From contig OY970344.1 in assembly GCA_963717535.1 (NCBI GenBank), positions 35,306 to 99,305 on the forward strand: a DNA stretch of 64,000 bases. The letters run 5' to 3'. The notes under the pieces are model-generated. The model saw only the letters and a list, made by a program, of their open reading frames with translations, was not told the DNA's origin and did no database searches. Source of the stretch: an uncultured Verrucomicrobiae bacterium. Lineage in GTDB: Bacteria; Acidobacteriota; Terriglobia; Terriglobales; Acidobacteriaceae. Made by a program: the position numbers and the translations under genes. Of this stretch, positions 9,217 through 18,234 are shown one piece after another. Position 1 is the stretch's first letter, and every line of letters starts with the position of its first letter.

Positions 9217-10554
9217 TTAGTGCGCTCCGACCAACTCGTTGACTTCACCGAAGGGCTGGATCTGGATGAGCGGATTGTCGACGCGGGCGCCGGCGAGGTA
9301 TTCCTCAAACTCGGAACGAAACTTCTTGATGAAGCCGAGCGTAGGCATGGCTGCAGCGTCGCCGAGCGGGCAGAAAGTACGGCCCATCATGTTCTCAGCG
9401 AGGTACTGGATGTTGTCGATGTCCTTCTTCGTGCCCCCGCCCGCGTGAAAGCGGGTGAGGGTCTTCTTGAGCCAGTCTGTACCTTCACGGCAGGGGATGC
9501 ACCAGCCACAGCTTTCGTGCTGGTAGAACTTGATGGTTCTGAGGGCGAACTCGACGATGGAGACGGACTCGTCGAGGACCACCACGCCGGCGGAGCCGAG
9601 CATGGTGCCGGCCTTGGCCATCTGGTCGAAGTCCATACCCACGTCGATTTCATCAGCCTTGAGGACGGGGCATGAGCTGCCGCCGGGCACGACGGCTTTG
9701 AGCTTTTTGCCGTCCTTGATGCCGCCTGCGACTTCGTAGATGGCTTTGCGGAGGGAGTAGCCCATGGGAAGCTCGTAGACGCCCGGGCGCTCGACGTGGC
9801 CGCTGATACCGAAGAGGCGAGTGCCGCCGTTGCGTTCGGAGCCTAGCTTGGCGTATTCGGCGCCGCCCATGAGGAGAATGTGGGGCGCGTTGGCGATCGT
9901 CTCAGCGTTGTTGATGACCGTGGGGCCGCCGTACAGACCGACGACCGCGGGGAACGGGGGCTTGATGCGGGGGATGCCGCGCTTACCTTCGAGGGACTCC
10001 ATCAGGGCGGACTCTTCGCCGACCTCGTAGGCCCCTGCGCCGGTCTGGGTGACGATGTCGAAGTCGACGCCTTCGCGGCCGAAGATGTTCTTGCCGAGGA
10101 AGCCCTTTGCGTAGGCGTCGGCGACGGCCTTCTCCATGATCTTGAGGAGGTAACGGTACTCGCCGCGTAGGTAGATGAAGCCCATCTTTGCGCCAATGGC
10201 GAGACCCGCGATGACCGTGCCTTCAATGATCGAGTGCGGATCATGCAGGAAGATGACATGGTCTTTGCAGGTGCCGGGCTCGGATTCGTCGCCGTTAACG
10301 AGGACGTATTTTGGCTTTTCGGACTGCTTCGGGACGAAACTCCATTTCATCCCGGTGGGAAAGCCGGCGCCGCCGCGGCCGCGGAGGCCGGAGGCTTTCA
10401 TCTCGCTGATGATGCCCTCGGGGCCGAGGTCCAGGGCTTTCTGGACGGCTTTGTAGCCGTCGAGCTCGAGGTACTTCTCAATGTTAGCGGCGCCCTGGCC
10501 CCACCGGCGCTTCAGGACAATGACTTCGTCTGGGTGTGAAACCTGATTCGGCAT
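9217..10554 (-). CDS. nuoF: NADH-quinone oxidoreductase subunit F
   Basis: GLRGRGGAGFPTGMKW, NGDESEPGTCKD, GAGAYEVGEESALMESLEG, CGWCIPCREG and FCPLGD (N3). Start trimmed to MPNQVSH. Confidence 0.97.
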   Translation of the reverse strand: MPNQVSHPDEVIVLKRRWGQGAANIEKYLELDGYKAVQKALDLGPEGIISEMKASGLRGRGGAGFPTGMKWSFVPKQSEKPKYVLVNGDESEPGTCKDHVIFLHDPHSIIEGTVIAGLAIGAKMGFIYLRGEYRYLLKIMEKAVADAYAKGFLGKNIFGREGVDFDIVTQTGAGAYEVGEESALMESLEGKRGIPRIKPPFPAVVGLYGGPTVINNAETIANAPHILLMGGAEYAKLGSERNGGTRLFGISGHVERPGVYELPMGYSLRKAIYEVAGGIKDGKKLKAVVPGGSSCPVLKADEIDVGMDFDQMAKAGTMLGSAGVVVLDESVSIVEFALRTIKFYQHESCGWCIPCREGTDWLKKTLTRFHAGGGTKKDIDNIQYLAENMMGRTFCPLGDAAAMPTLGFIKKFRSEFEEYLAGARVDNPLIQIQPFGEVNELVGAH

Positions 10555-10677
10555 AAGAGGTGCGGTACCTGTCAGGTCTGAGTATACAAAGCGCGCTCGC
10601 GCGAGTACCGTTCTCGAGCCGGGCTGCACAACTTCGGGCGGAACTTTGCAGTCAGGACGAGTTTCCCGCCGGATTGC

Positions 10678-11184
10678 CTACTGGTCAGGAGACATTTTGG
10701 CCTGCATGGCCTTGATCTCTGCCTGATGGTCGCGCACAAACGCGAGGTTGGCCGGGTTCATCTGTACTTTGGCGGCGTACCGGGCATCTGGTTCATCGGC
10801 CGGCTTCATGGAAAATGCCATTGCGGCCTGTATGAGCGTCACCTCTACCAGAACGAACTCGCGCGGCGGCAGGCCGTCCTTGTTGAGAATGCTGACGAGT
10901 CCGGGCACGGAGGAGATCCGGCGCGTAATCGCATCGAGATCTTCGTGCTTCTCCGCGTCGGTCTCGATCGCCGCTTTGCTCTCGGGATGAGCTTTGACGT
11001 ACGCGCCCAAATCACTCATCACCTGGCCAAAGCGGTTGAGTTTGTCCATGGTGAGGGTGTAGCGCTCCATCTCGGCGATGTCCTTGTCGACGGCCAGAGC
11101 GGGAAGTGCGGTTAGTAAAGTGGCGGCAACCAGGAGGGAGAGGGCACGGGGGATGAGGCGAAGAAGCTTCGCGGAAGGCAGCAT
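10678..11184 (-). CDS. Hypothetical exported helical protein
   Basis: Signal peptide ending LPALA. Strong GC3 bias. Lies between nuoE and nuoF. Confidence 0.65.
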   Translation of the reverse strand: MLPSAKLLRLIPRALSLLVAATLLTALPALAVDKDIAEMERYTLTMDKLNRFGQVMSDLGAYVKAHPESKAAIETDAEKHEDLDAITRRISSVPGLVSILNKDGLPPREFVLVEVTLIQAAMAFSMKPADEPDARYAAKVQMNPANLAFVRDHQAEIKAMQAKMSPDQ

Positions 11185-11275
11185 GAAGAACCTCAAACAG
11201 ATTTCGGTGACGGCGCCATCCTACATGCAGCCGGGGTTCATGTTCGAGGTTGTTGCCAAGCGTGTCGGCTATGGA

Positions 11276-11785
11276 CTACTTCACGTCGGAACCACGGCCC
11301 TCGGCGTAGTCCGCGATGATCTGGTCCACCTTGGCCGGGGTCAGGAACTCGTGGAAGTCGTAGTTCACCTGGGCGGCAGGGGCCCAGCAGCAGGCGCCGA
11401 TGCACTCGACTTCTTCGAGCGAGAAAAGGCCATCCTTGGTGACACCCTTGTGCTCGATCCCGAGCCGGTGCTTGCAGTGGTCGAGGATCTCGTAGCCGCC
11501 CCGCAGCATGCAGGAGATGTTCGTGCAGACCTGGATGTTGTATTTGCCCGCGGGGGTGGTGCGCAGCATGGAGTAGTAGCTGAGCACGTTGCGGACGTCG
11601 AGCTCGAGGAGGTCGAGGCGCTGGGCGATCTCGGCGACGACCTCGTCGGAGACGTAGCCGACCTCGTCCTGCGCGTAGAGCAGCATGGGGATGAGGGCGG
11701 AGCGCTTGAGGGGGTAGAGCGTGACCAGGCGGTCAAAGCGCGCAGCGAGCTCGGGGGAGAAAAGGGTGTTGGCGATCGCAGCCAT
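11276..11785 (-). CDS. nuoE: NADH-quinone oxidoreductase subunit E
   Basis: SALIPML..AQ, SYYSML, VCTNISC and VECIGACCWAP (N1a ligands). Start trimmed to MAAIANT. Confidence 0.96.
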   Translation of the reverse strand: MAAIANTLFSPELAARFDRLVTLYPLKRSALIPMLLYAQDEVGYVSDEVVAEIAQRLDLLELDVRNVLSYYSMLRTTPAGKYNIQVCTNISCMLRGGYEILDHCKHRLGIEHKGVTKDGLFSLEEVECIGACCWAPAAQVNYDFHEFLTPAKVDQIIADYAEGRGSDVK

Positions 11786-11848
11786 ATCTGTGTTTGATGA
11801 TACGGCTTTTGTCGTGAGTGGCGAGGAGGCCAAGCCAGAGAGGCGTTC

Positions 11849-12178
11849 CTATTTTGGCGACAGGGAACGCACAAATGCGATGGCGGCAAAAAGCAGACGG
11901 TCCCGAAGTGCTTCATCGTCGAGGGTGCGGCCTGCAACGTTGATCCAGCCCCGCATACTTCGACCACGCATGACCATGGGCGTGATCCCTGGCAGCTCCA
12001 GAGCCCAGGCGTCGTTCCCGGCGCCCAGGCGGACCAGAATGCCCTTCTTGCGAACGGCGCAGAGGAGGTTGCCGTGAAGCAGCCAGGCCCAGCCACCAAA
12101 CATGGGTTTACCGGCCAGACCGGGAAGGTCCCCGAGCTGGTCGGCGACGAGAGCCTCAAGGCCTGGGTCGCGTGCCAT
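11849..12178 (-). CDS. TfoX/Sxy N-terminal-domain family protein
   Basis: MARDPGL...KPMFGGWAWLLHGNLLCAV...LVRLG...MRGRSMRGWI is typical of the small TfoX_N family. Confidence 0.8.
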   Translation of the reverse strand: MARDPGLEALVADQLGDLPGLAGKPMFGGWAWLLHGNLLCAVRKKGILVRLGAGNDAWALELPGITPMVMRGRSMRGWINVAGRTLDDEALRDRLLFAAIAFVRSLSPK

Positions 12179-12206
12179 GCAGCCCGTTGTACCGTACCGA
12201 ACGACG

Positions 12207-12518
12207 CTACGCCAGGGTGAAAATCTCACGGGCGAAGCGCTCAGCGGCGATGTCCATCTCCTCTTCGGGGCGGTCGGCGAGGGTGACGGTGCCGTTTTCA
12301 TTCAGGCAGAAGGCCTGAGCAGGCTGCCCGGAGCCGTCGACGGAAGTGGGGGTGAAGTGCAGCCAGTGTGGGCCGACGCGGAGGGTGATCTTGGTTGCGG
12401 AGACCTCGACCACTGCGTGCCGGGGCGCATTCAGGCCGTGCGCCGCGGCGTAGGAGCGGAGCACGGAGGCCCAGGATGTCCAGAGTTCGGTATGCAATCG
12501 GCTGGTCGGGTCGAGCAC
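12207..12518 (-). CDS. Hypothetical protein (103 aa)
   Basis: Same-strand ORF filling the gap, GC3-biased (ELWTSWASVLRSYAAAHGL). No function recognised. Confidence 0.6.
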   Translation of the reverse strand: MLDPTSRLHTELWTSWASVLRSYAAAHGLNAPRHAVVEVSATKITLRVGPHWLHFTPTSVDGSGQPAQAFCLNENGTVTLADRPEEEMDIAAERFAREIFTLA

Positions 12519-12669
12519 TTTGCTAGTTTGCCTGATCCGGCGTTGTGCACGGCGAAAAGCATGCCCTACTTCATGCCAGGGCGAATGAAAGTCCGGGGGA
12601 TAGGCTCCTTGGGCAGAGTGTAGAAGGCGAGGCCGCGGGCGCGGCCTGCTTCTGCCTGGAGCGTATTGA

Positions 12670-13254
12670 TCAGGCCGCCTTCGTTATCGCCATGCCGTGG
12701 GTTCGGAAAAGTTCCACCATGTGCTTGTTGAAGGCCGGGAGGTCCTTGGGGCTCCGGCTGGTGACGAGCCCGTCGTCTTCAACTACTTCCTTGTCAACCC
12801 AGGTCGCGCCGGCATTGCGGAGGTCGGTTTTGAGGGAAGGCCAGGAGGTCAAGGTCCGGCCATTGACGACGCCGGCTTCAATCAGTGTCCAGGCGGCGTG
12901 GCAGATCGCGGACACGGGGCGTCCGGAGGTGAAGAAGGACTTCACGAATTCCACCGCTTCGGTGTTCTGGCGAAGGAAGTCCGGGTTCATCACGCCGCCG
13001 GGAAGGTGCAGGGCGTCGTAGTCGAGGCTGCGAGCGGCGGAGAGTTTCTTGTCGGCCTTGAAGGAGTCGCCCCATTTCACCATGTTCCATGCCTTGATCT
13101 TGCCGCCGTTGGGTGTGATGAGATCAACGGTGGCGCCGGCCTGGCGCAGGGCCTTCAAAGGGCTGGTGAGCTCAATCTGCTCGACGCCCTCGGTGCAGAG
13201 GATTGCGATGTGTTTGCCTTTGAGCTTGCCTTTGTAGCGGTTAAACAATGCCAT
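12670..13254 (-). CDS. PfpI/DJ-1 family (type 1 glutamine amidotransferase-like) protein
   Basis: EGVEQIEL, YDALHLPGG.MNPD, AICHA (Cys-His) and TSRSPKDLPAF. Confidence 0.93.
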   Translation of the reverse strand: MALFNRYKGKLKGKHIAILCTEGVEQIELTSPLKALRQAGATVDLITPNGGKIKAWNMVKWGDSFKADKKLSAARSLDYDALHLPGGVMNPDFLRQNTEAVEFVKSFFTSGRPVSAICHAAWTLIEAGVVNGRTLTSWPSLKTDLRNAGATWVDKEVVEDDGLVTSRSPKDLPAFNKHMVELFRTHGMAITKAA

Positions 13255-13404
13255 TCGATTCTCCAGACGATCTTGGGGATGAGTGCGACTCCCCTGGGGG
13301 CTTAGAAACCGTCTGTTGTGTGGGCGTTGTCCCGGGGCGGCGTCGCGGGCCGTCTTCCCGGCCCCTTTCAGGGTTGCGGTGGGCCAGTCTCTCGTCAGCC
13401 TGAG

Positions 13405-13851
13405 TCAGAGACCGCAGACCTGACGCATCAGGGTTTCGACGATCTGGTCCTCCGTGGATTCCCGGTTGGTCGCCATGCCGTTATGCCCAATATGGAGATA
13501 GGTGTAGCCCGTTGCGCCATGTTGCACGGTCGAGAAGAGCGGAGAGTGACTGGGGAGCACGGTGATCTGCAGCCTGCTGTCTTCAATGGAGAACTCCAGC
13601 TGCTTGACGCCATTCAGGACGTGGGGGCCCAGCTCGTCCGCCCGCGTCAGGCTCAGGGGAGGGAGCTGGCCCGCATTTTGGTTGAAGGACTCCACCTCTT
13701 CACGGAGCCGGCCAACCAAGGATTCGAGGGCAGCTCCGTCCGATGCTTTCTGGCTGGCGATCTTTCTGGTTTCGGCCTCTTCAAGCTTTAAGCGGGCGTC
13801 CGTGCGTCCCTTGAATTCTTCTGCGAGCTTCTTGCCGATGCCGTCCTGCAT
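13405..13851 (-). CDS. Hypothetical protein (148 aa) with coiled-coil-like N-terminus
   Basis: ATG preceded by AGGAACGAGG. Same strand, downstream of nuoD. Confidence 0.65.
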   Translation of the reverse strand: MQDGIGKKLAEEFKGRTDARLKLEEAETRKIASQKASDGAALESLVGRLREEVESFNQNAGQLPPLSLTRADELGPHVLNGVKQLEFSIEDSRLQITVLPSHSPLFSTVQHGATGYTYLHIGHNGMATNRESTEDQIVETLMRQVCGL

Positions 13852-13953
13852 GTGGTGGTGCCTCGTTCCTGAACGCGTCTGTTGTGACCTTACGCTTCGG
13901 GGGCGGAGGGTAAATGTTTACGGCTCGGCTTGCCCAAGGGCGTGATGAGGTGT

Positions 13954-15321
13954 TTAGCGGTCGATCTGGCCGAGGACGATGTCAATGCTGCCGATGACGG
14001 CGACAACGTCAGCGATTTGGCGCCCTTTGCACATGGTCTCCAGAGCCTGCAGGGTGGCAAAGTCGGGGTTCCGCATGTGGACGCGATAGGGTTTGGCGGT
14101 GCCGTCGGAGACGACGTAGTAGTTCATCATGCCGTGGGGATTTTCGATCGAGCTGGTGACCTCGCCGGCGGGAACCTGGAAGCCTTCCGTCACGATCTTG
14201 AAGTGGTGGATGAGGGATTCCATCTCCGTCTTCATCTTTTCGCGATTGGGCAGGATGATCTTGGGTGCGTCAGCGACGATGGCCCCTTCGGGGAGGCCGT
14301 CCAGGGCCTGGGTGGCGATCTTGGTGGACTCGCGGAACTCCTGCATCCGGACGACGTAGCGAGCCCAGGTGTCACCGTCAGTCGAGGTGGGGACGTTGAA
14401 CTGGAATTTCTCGTAGCTGGAGTACGGCATGTCGCGGCGGACGTCGAAGTCGATGCCGGAGGCGCGCATGGGCGGGCCGGTAACGCCGAGAGCGACCGCG
14501 TTTTCGGGGGAGAGGTAGCCTACGCCCTTGAGGCGGCCCTTCCAGATGGGGTTGCCGGTGAGCAGGCCTTCGTACTCGTCAATTCGGGCGGGGAAGTCCA
14601 GGAGGAATTGGCGGATGGACTTGTAGAGGTCCAGCGGGGGCTCCATCGACAGGCCGCCCACGCGGATATAGGAGGTCATCATGCGCTGGCCGCTGAGCGC
14701 TTCGAAGATGCGGAGAAGCTGTTCGCGTTCGCGGAAGCAGTAGAGGAAGACAGTCATCGCGCCGATGTCGAGGGCGTGGGTGCCCAGCCAGACGAGGTGG
14801 GAGTTGATCCGCATGAGCTCCATGAAGAGGACGCGGAGCCACTGGGCACGGGCCGGAATCTCGAGCTGGAGCAGCTTTTCGACCGCGAGCGCGTAAGCGA
14901 GGTTGTTCGACATCGGGGAGAGGTAGTCGATGCGGTCGGTGAGGGGGACGACCTGCTGGTAGAACTTGGCCTCGCAGGTCTTCTCGATGCCCGTGTGGAG
15001 GTAGCCGATGTCTGGGGCGAGGGAGACTACGGTCTCACCGTCGATCTCGAGCACCAGGCGGAGCACGCCGTGGGTGGACGGGTGCTGCGGGCCCATATTG
15101 AGGACCATCGTCTGGTCGGAGATAGGATCTCCGCCGTGCTTGTGGTGCTCGTAGTCGGCAACTACGTCTTCTACGCCCGGGACCAGGGTGGCCGCGTTGC
15201 TCGCCCCGGGGGTGAGGAAGTCCGCGGCGGAGCGCATCGGCGCGAGGGTGGCGCCGGTGGTGAGGGTTTGTGGCTTGATCTTGGCGTCGGCGGGGCTTGT
15301 TTCCAGGTCGGCGGTCGGCAT
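13954..15321 (-). CDS. nuoD: NADH-quinone oxidoreductase subunit D
   Basis: NMGPQHPSTHGVLRL, GYLHTGIEK, DRIDYL and DVVAVIGSIDIVLGQIDR. Confidence 0.97.
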   Translation of the reverse strand: MPTADLETSPADAKIKPQTLTTGATLAPMRSAADFLTPGASNAATLVPGVEDVVADYEHHKHGGDPISDQTMVLNMGPQHPSTHGVLRLVLEIDGETVVSLAPDIGYLHTGIEKTCEAKFYQQVVPLTDRIDYLSPMSNNLAYALAVEKLLQLEIPARAQWLRVLFMELMRINSHLVWLGTHALDIGAMTVFLYCFREREQLLRIFEALSGQRMMTSYIRVGGLSMEPPLDLYKSIRQFLLDFPARIDEYEGLLTGNPIWKGRLKGVGYLSPENAVALGVTGPPMRASGIDFDVRRDMPYSSYEKFQFNVPTSTDGDTWARYVVRMQEFRESTKIATQALDGLPEGAIVADAPKIILPNREKMKTEMESLIHHFKIVTEGFQVPAGEVTSSIENPHGMMNYYVVSDGTAKPYRVHMRNPDFATLQALETMCKGRQIADVVAVIGSIDIVLGQIDR

Positions 15322-15322
15322 G

Positions 15323-15853
15323 TTAGCGGTAGCCCTCCACGGGGTAGTCCTTGCGGAGCGGGTGACCGTTCCAGTTGTCGGGCATCATGATGCGAGTGAG
15401 GCGGGGATGGCCGGCGAAGGTGATGCCGAAGAGGTCGAAGACCTCGCGTTCGTAGAAGTTGGCCGAGGGCCAGACGCCCGTGATGGAGTCGATGGTGGGG
15501 TTGTCGCCGGGGGGGCGCGCGATGATGCGGATGCGCTGCTTGAGGCGGTGCGACAGGAGGGAGTAACTGACCTGAAACCGCGGTTGGGAAGGCGTCCAGT
15601 CGACGGCCGTGAGGTCCTCGAAGAAGTTATAGCCGGCCTCTTTGGCGGCGCTCACGGCGGCGACGATGGTCTCGGGCGCGACGGTGAGGGTGAGTTCCCC
15701 GCGATCCCATTTGGCGTCGGTGGTGAAGGGGGCGAGCGCGGTGAGGGTGTCGGCGAAGACGGGGTGGCTGGCAAGGGCTTCGCGGACGGCGTCGGGGCCG
15801 AAGGCGGCTTGTTGGGTGGCGGCGGTGACGCTGGTGTCGTTGGATTCAGGCAT
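15323..15853 (-). CDS. nuoC: NADH-quinone oxidoreductase subunit C
   Basis: EREVFDLFGITFAGHPRLTRIMMPDNWNGHPLRKDYP signature. Confidence 0.96.
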   Translation of the reverse strand: MPESNDTSVTAATQQAAFGPDAVREALASHPVFADTLTALAPFTTDAKWDRGELTLTVAPETIVAAVSAAKEAGYNFFEDLTAVDWTPSQPRFQVSYSLLSHRLKQRIRIIARPPGDNPTIDSITGVWPSANFYEREVFDLFGITFAGHPRLTRIMMPDNWNGHPLRKDYPVEGYR

Positions 15854-15886
15854 GTGGTGGCCCCTTAAGGTGTGTCGCTGCGACGC

Positions 15887-15924
15887 AAAAAGCAGATCCC
15901 CTGCGGGAATGACAGACAGGAAAG
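15887..15924. repeat. Short REP-like palindromic element at the nuoA-nuoC junction
   Basis: Minus strand reads GTCATTCCC-GCA-GGGGATCTGC followed by a T-run. It resembles an intergenic repeat I recall from Acidobacteriaceae genomes. Only one copy in this window. Confidence 0.4.
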
Positions 15925-15937
15925 TAACGCGAGGACT

Positions 15938-16345
15938 TTACAGATCGGCTTTGTCGTTCACGAAGTTGAGGATGCCCTTCTTCCAGACGTAGAAGAGGCC
16001 GACGGCGACGAAGCCCAGATAGACGAGCATCTCCCAGAAGCCGAAGAGGCGGGAGCCGGTGATGGCGGGCAGGCGGCGGTAGATGACGGCCCACGGCAGC
16101 ATGAAGACGGCTTCGACGTCGAACAGGATGAAGAGCATGGCGACCATGTAGAAGCGCACGGAGAAGCGGCCGCGGGCGTCACCAATGGGCTCCATGCCGC
16201 ACTCGTACGCGCCTAGTTTGTTGCGATTGCGCCGGTGCTTGCCGATAAAGAAGGAGCCGGCGACCATGCCGCCTGCCATCCCCACGGCGATCAGGATCTG
16301 AAAGGCCAGAGGAATGTATTGCCAGAGATAGGGGTGGTTTTGCAT
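15938..16345 (-). CDS. nuoA: NADH-quinone oxidoreductase subunit A
   Basis: KLGAYECGMEP, RFSVRFYMVAMLFILFDVEAVF and YVWKKG. Confidence 0.97.
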   Translation of the reverse strand: MQNHPYLWQYIPLAFQILIAVGMAGGMVAGSFFIGKHRRNRNKLGAYECGMEPIGDARGRFSVRFYMVAMLFILFDVEAVFMLPWAVIYRRLPAITGSRLFGFWEMLVYLGFVAVGLFYVWKKGILNFVNDKADL

Positions 16346-16509
16346 GCGCCCTCAACGTTCAGGGTAGGAGGGGGTGGGTGGAGTGTCAAGGTGACAGGTG
16401 GGGGATTGTGAGTGCGGTGAAGATTGCAGATTTGCTGCTGCTCAGAAAGAAGCAAGGTCTGACGCAAAGGTCGCGGAGGTTGCACCAGGGTACGCGACGG
16501 GCGCTGTGG

Positions 16510-17445
16510 CTAGAGGAGGCCCTTGTACCAGGTGAGGAGGGCCTCACCAAGGAGAGCCGTGAGCAGGCCGCCGGCGGCGAGGAAGGTGCCGAGAGGCAGC
16601 TTCGTTGCGGCGGTCGCGCGGCCCCGGGCGAGGAGGTAGACCGCGTAGGCGGCGCAGGCGATCATGCCGAGGAAGAAGGCGAGCATGGCGTCCCAGAAGC
16701 CGAGAAAGGCGGCAATCATGCCCAGGAGCTTGGCGTCGCCAAGGCCCATGCCTTCGCGGCCGCGAAGCGCTTTGTAGAGGGCGCGGATGAGGAGCAGGAG
16801 GCCGGCGGCGGCGAGAATGGCGAGCAGGCGGCCGAGGATAAGAGCCTCAGGGCCGGTGAGGAAGACGTCGCCGCGCGCCGCGAAGGAGCCCGGGCTTTGC
16901 ATGCGCATATTGGTGTGCGGGGTGAGGTGAATGTCGGCTTCGCCCGTGGGCAGGAAGACGGCCTGCACACAGACCAGGAAGAAGCCGAGGGCGGTACCGG
17001 TGAGGGTGAGGGCGTCGGGAAGGGTGTGGGTTTGCCAGTCGATGACGGCGAGCCCGATGAGGAGGAAGCCGAGGAGGCTGGCTCCGATGCCGTCCAGAAG
17101 CAGGCGAGTGGTGTGGTCGGCCCCTGCAGCCGCGAAGTCGGCGAGGATCGCGCGGTGGGTTGCGAGAAAGGTGAGGAGAAACCAGGCGGCCGTGGCGAGT
17201 TCAACGGCGGGGTAGCGCCAGGAGATGGGCGCGTGGCAGTGCCGGCAGCGGCCGCGCAGAATCAGCCAGCTCAGGACGGGGATGTTGTCGTACCAGCGGA
17301 TGGTCGCGTTGCAATGCGGGCAGTGCGAGCGGGGGGTGGCGAGGCTTTCCCGGCGTGGAATGCGGTAAATGGCGACATTCAGAAAGCTGCCGAGGAGCAG
17401 GCCGATCAAGACGGCTGACAGCTCAAAGGGCCAGGCGTACGACAT
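16510..17445 (-). CDS. Prepilin peptidase (A24 family, PilD-like)
   Basis: GSFLNVAIYRIP, two CxxC Zn motifs (CPHC, CRHC), catalytic Asp motifs IDWQTHTLPD and GMGLGDAKL, and LPLGTFLA. Confidence 0.92.
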   Translation of the reverse strand: MSYAWPFELSAVLIGLLLGSFLNVAIYRIPRRESLATPRSHCPHCNATIRWYDNIPVLSWLILRGRCRHCHAPISWRYPAVELATAAWFLLTFLATHRAILADFAAAGADHTTRLLLDGIGASLLGFLLIGLAVIDWQTHTLPDALTLTGTALGFFLVCVQAVFLPTGEADIHLTPHTNMRMQSPGSFAARGDVFLTGPEALILGRLLAILAAAGLLLLIRALYKALRGREGMGLGDAKLLGMIAAFLGFWDAMLAFFLGMIACAAYAVYLLARGRATAATKLPLGTFLAAGGLLTALLGEALLTWYKGLL

Positions 17446-17478
17446 GATGGTGAGTGTAAATGGCGTGTTTTGATGGGC

Positions 17479-18126
17479 TCAGAAGGGCAGTAAGACCAGC
17501 GGAATCACCATGCCCGCAAGCAGCAGACCAGTGATCAGGAGCTTGTTGCGGTTGTACCGATAGGCCATGTAGACCCCGGTAAACGTGCTGGTGAACAGCC
17601 CCAAGCTTACGAGCAGGAAGAAGATCTTTAACGGGAGGTGCTGCTTCTGTTTGCTTGCGAGGGTGACTGGCGGTTTCGCCGCGGAGGCAGTCCCTGCCGT
17701 CGCAGTCGGTGGTGCGGCGCTGAACTTTGGGCTGTTCGCATCCGACCCGCGCTGCGCTGCGGCTCTCTCCCCGGGAGCGCCGTCAGGTTGGGCCAGACTG
17801 GCGGGTCGGACGGGGCTACCGCTTGCCTGGGCGGCGGCGGACTTTTCTCGATGATCCTGGGGCGCCGGGGAACGTCCGGGAGGCAGCATCCATGTCTGGT
17901 TCTTGTGAATCTGGGCCCAGACCGCGAGCACGGCCGGCGGTTTGTACGCGCTTCCAGCCGCCTCATGGAGACTCAGGGTCTGCATGGCTCCCGTGAACGC
18001 AAAGAACCACAACGCGGGTGTGATGAACAGGCCGAAGTACAGGTGGACTTGACGAAGCAGTCTGAGCGTCTCAGCGCTGGAAGCAGATCGAGCCTTGGCC
18101 GCCGTGGAGTTCGTGATGGTCGTCAT
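17479..18126 (-). CDS. PepSY-associated TM-helix membrane protein
   Basis: LRQVHLYFGLF..P...FAFTG His-containing helix, a QIHK second His, an Ala/Pro-rich linker and two C-terminal helices. Confidence 0.65.
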   Translation of the reverse strand: MTTITNSTAAKARSASSAETLRLLRQVHLYFGLFITPALWFFAFTGAMQTLSLHEAAGSAYKPPAVLAVWAQIHKNQTWMLPPGRSPAPQDHREKSAAAQASGSPVRPASLAQPDGAPGERAAAQRGSDANSPKFSAAPPTATAGTASAAKPPVTLASKQKQHLPLKIFFLLVSLGLFTSTFTGVYMAYRYNRNKLLITGLLLAGMVIPLVLLPF

Positions 18127-18234
18127 GGGAGGTTGTACGCAGATGGTACATGCCCGGGATCAGCGACAGTGAAATTGCGAGCCACATTTGAGCGGCGCAG
18201 GACGAAGACTCGGGACCCGGGGGCGGGTGCGATT

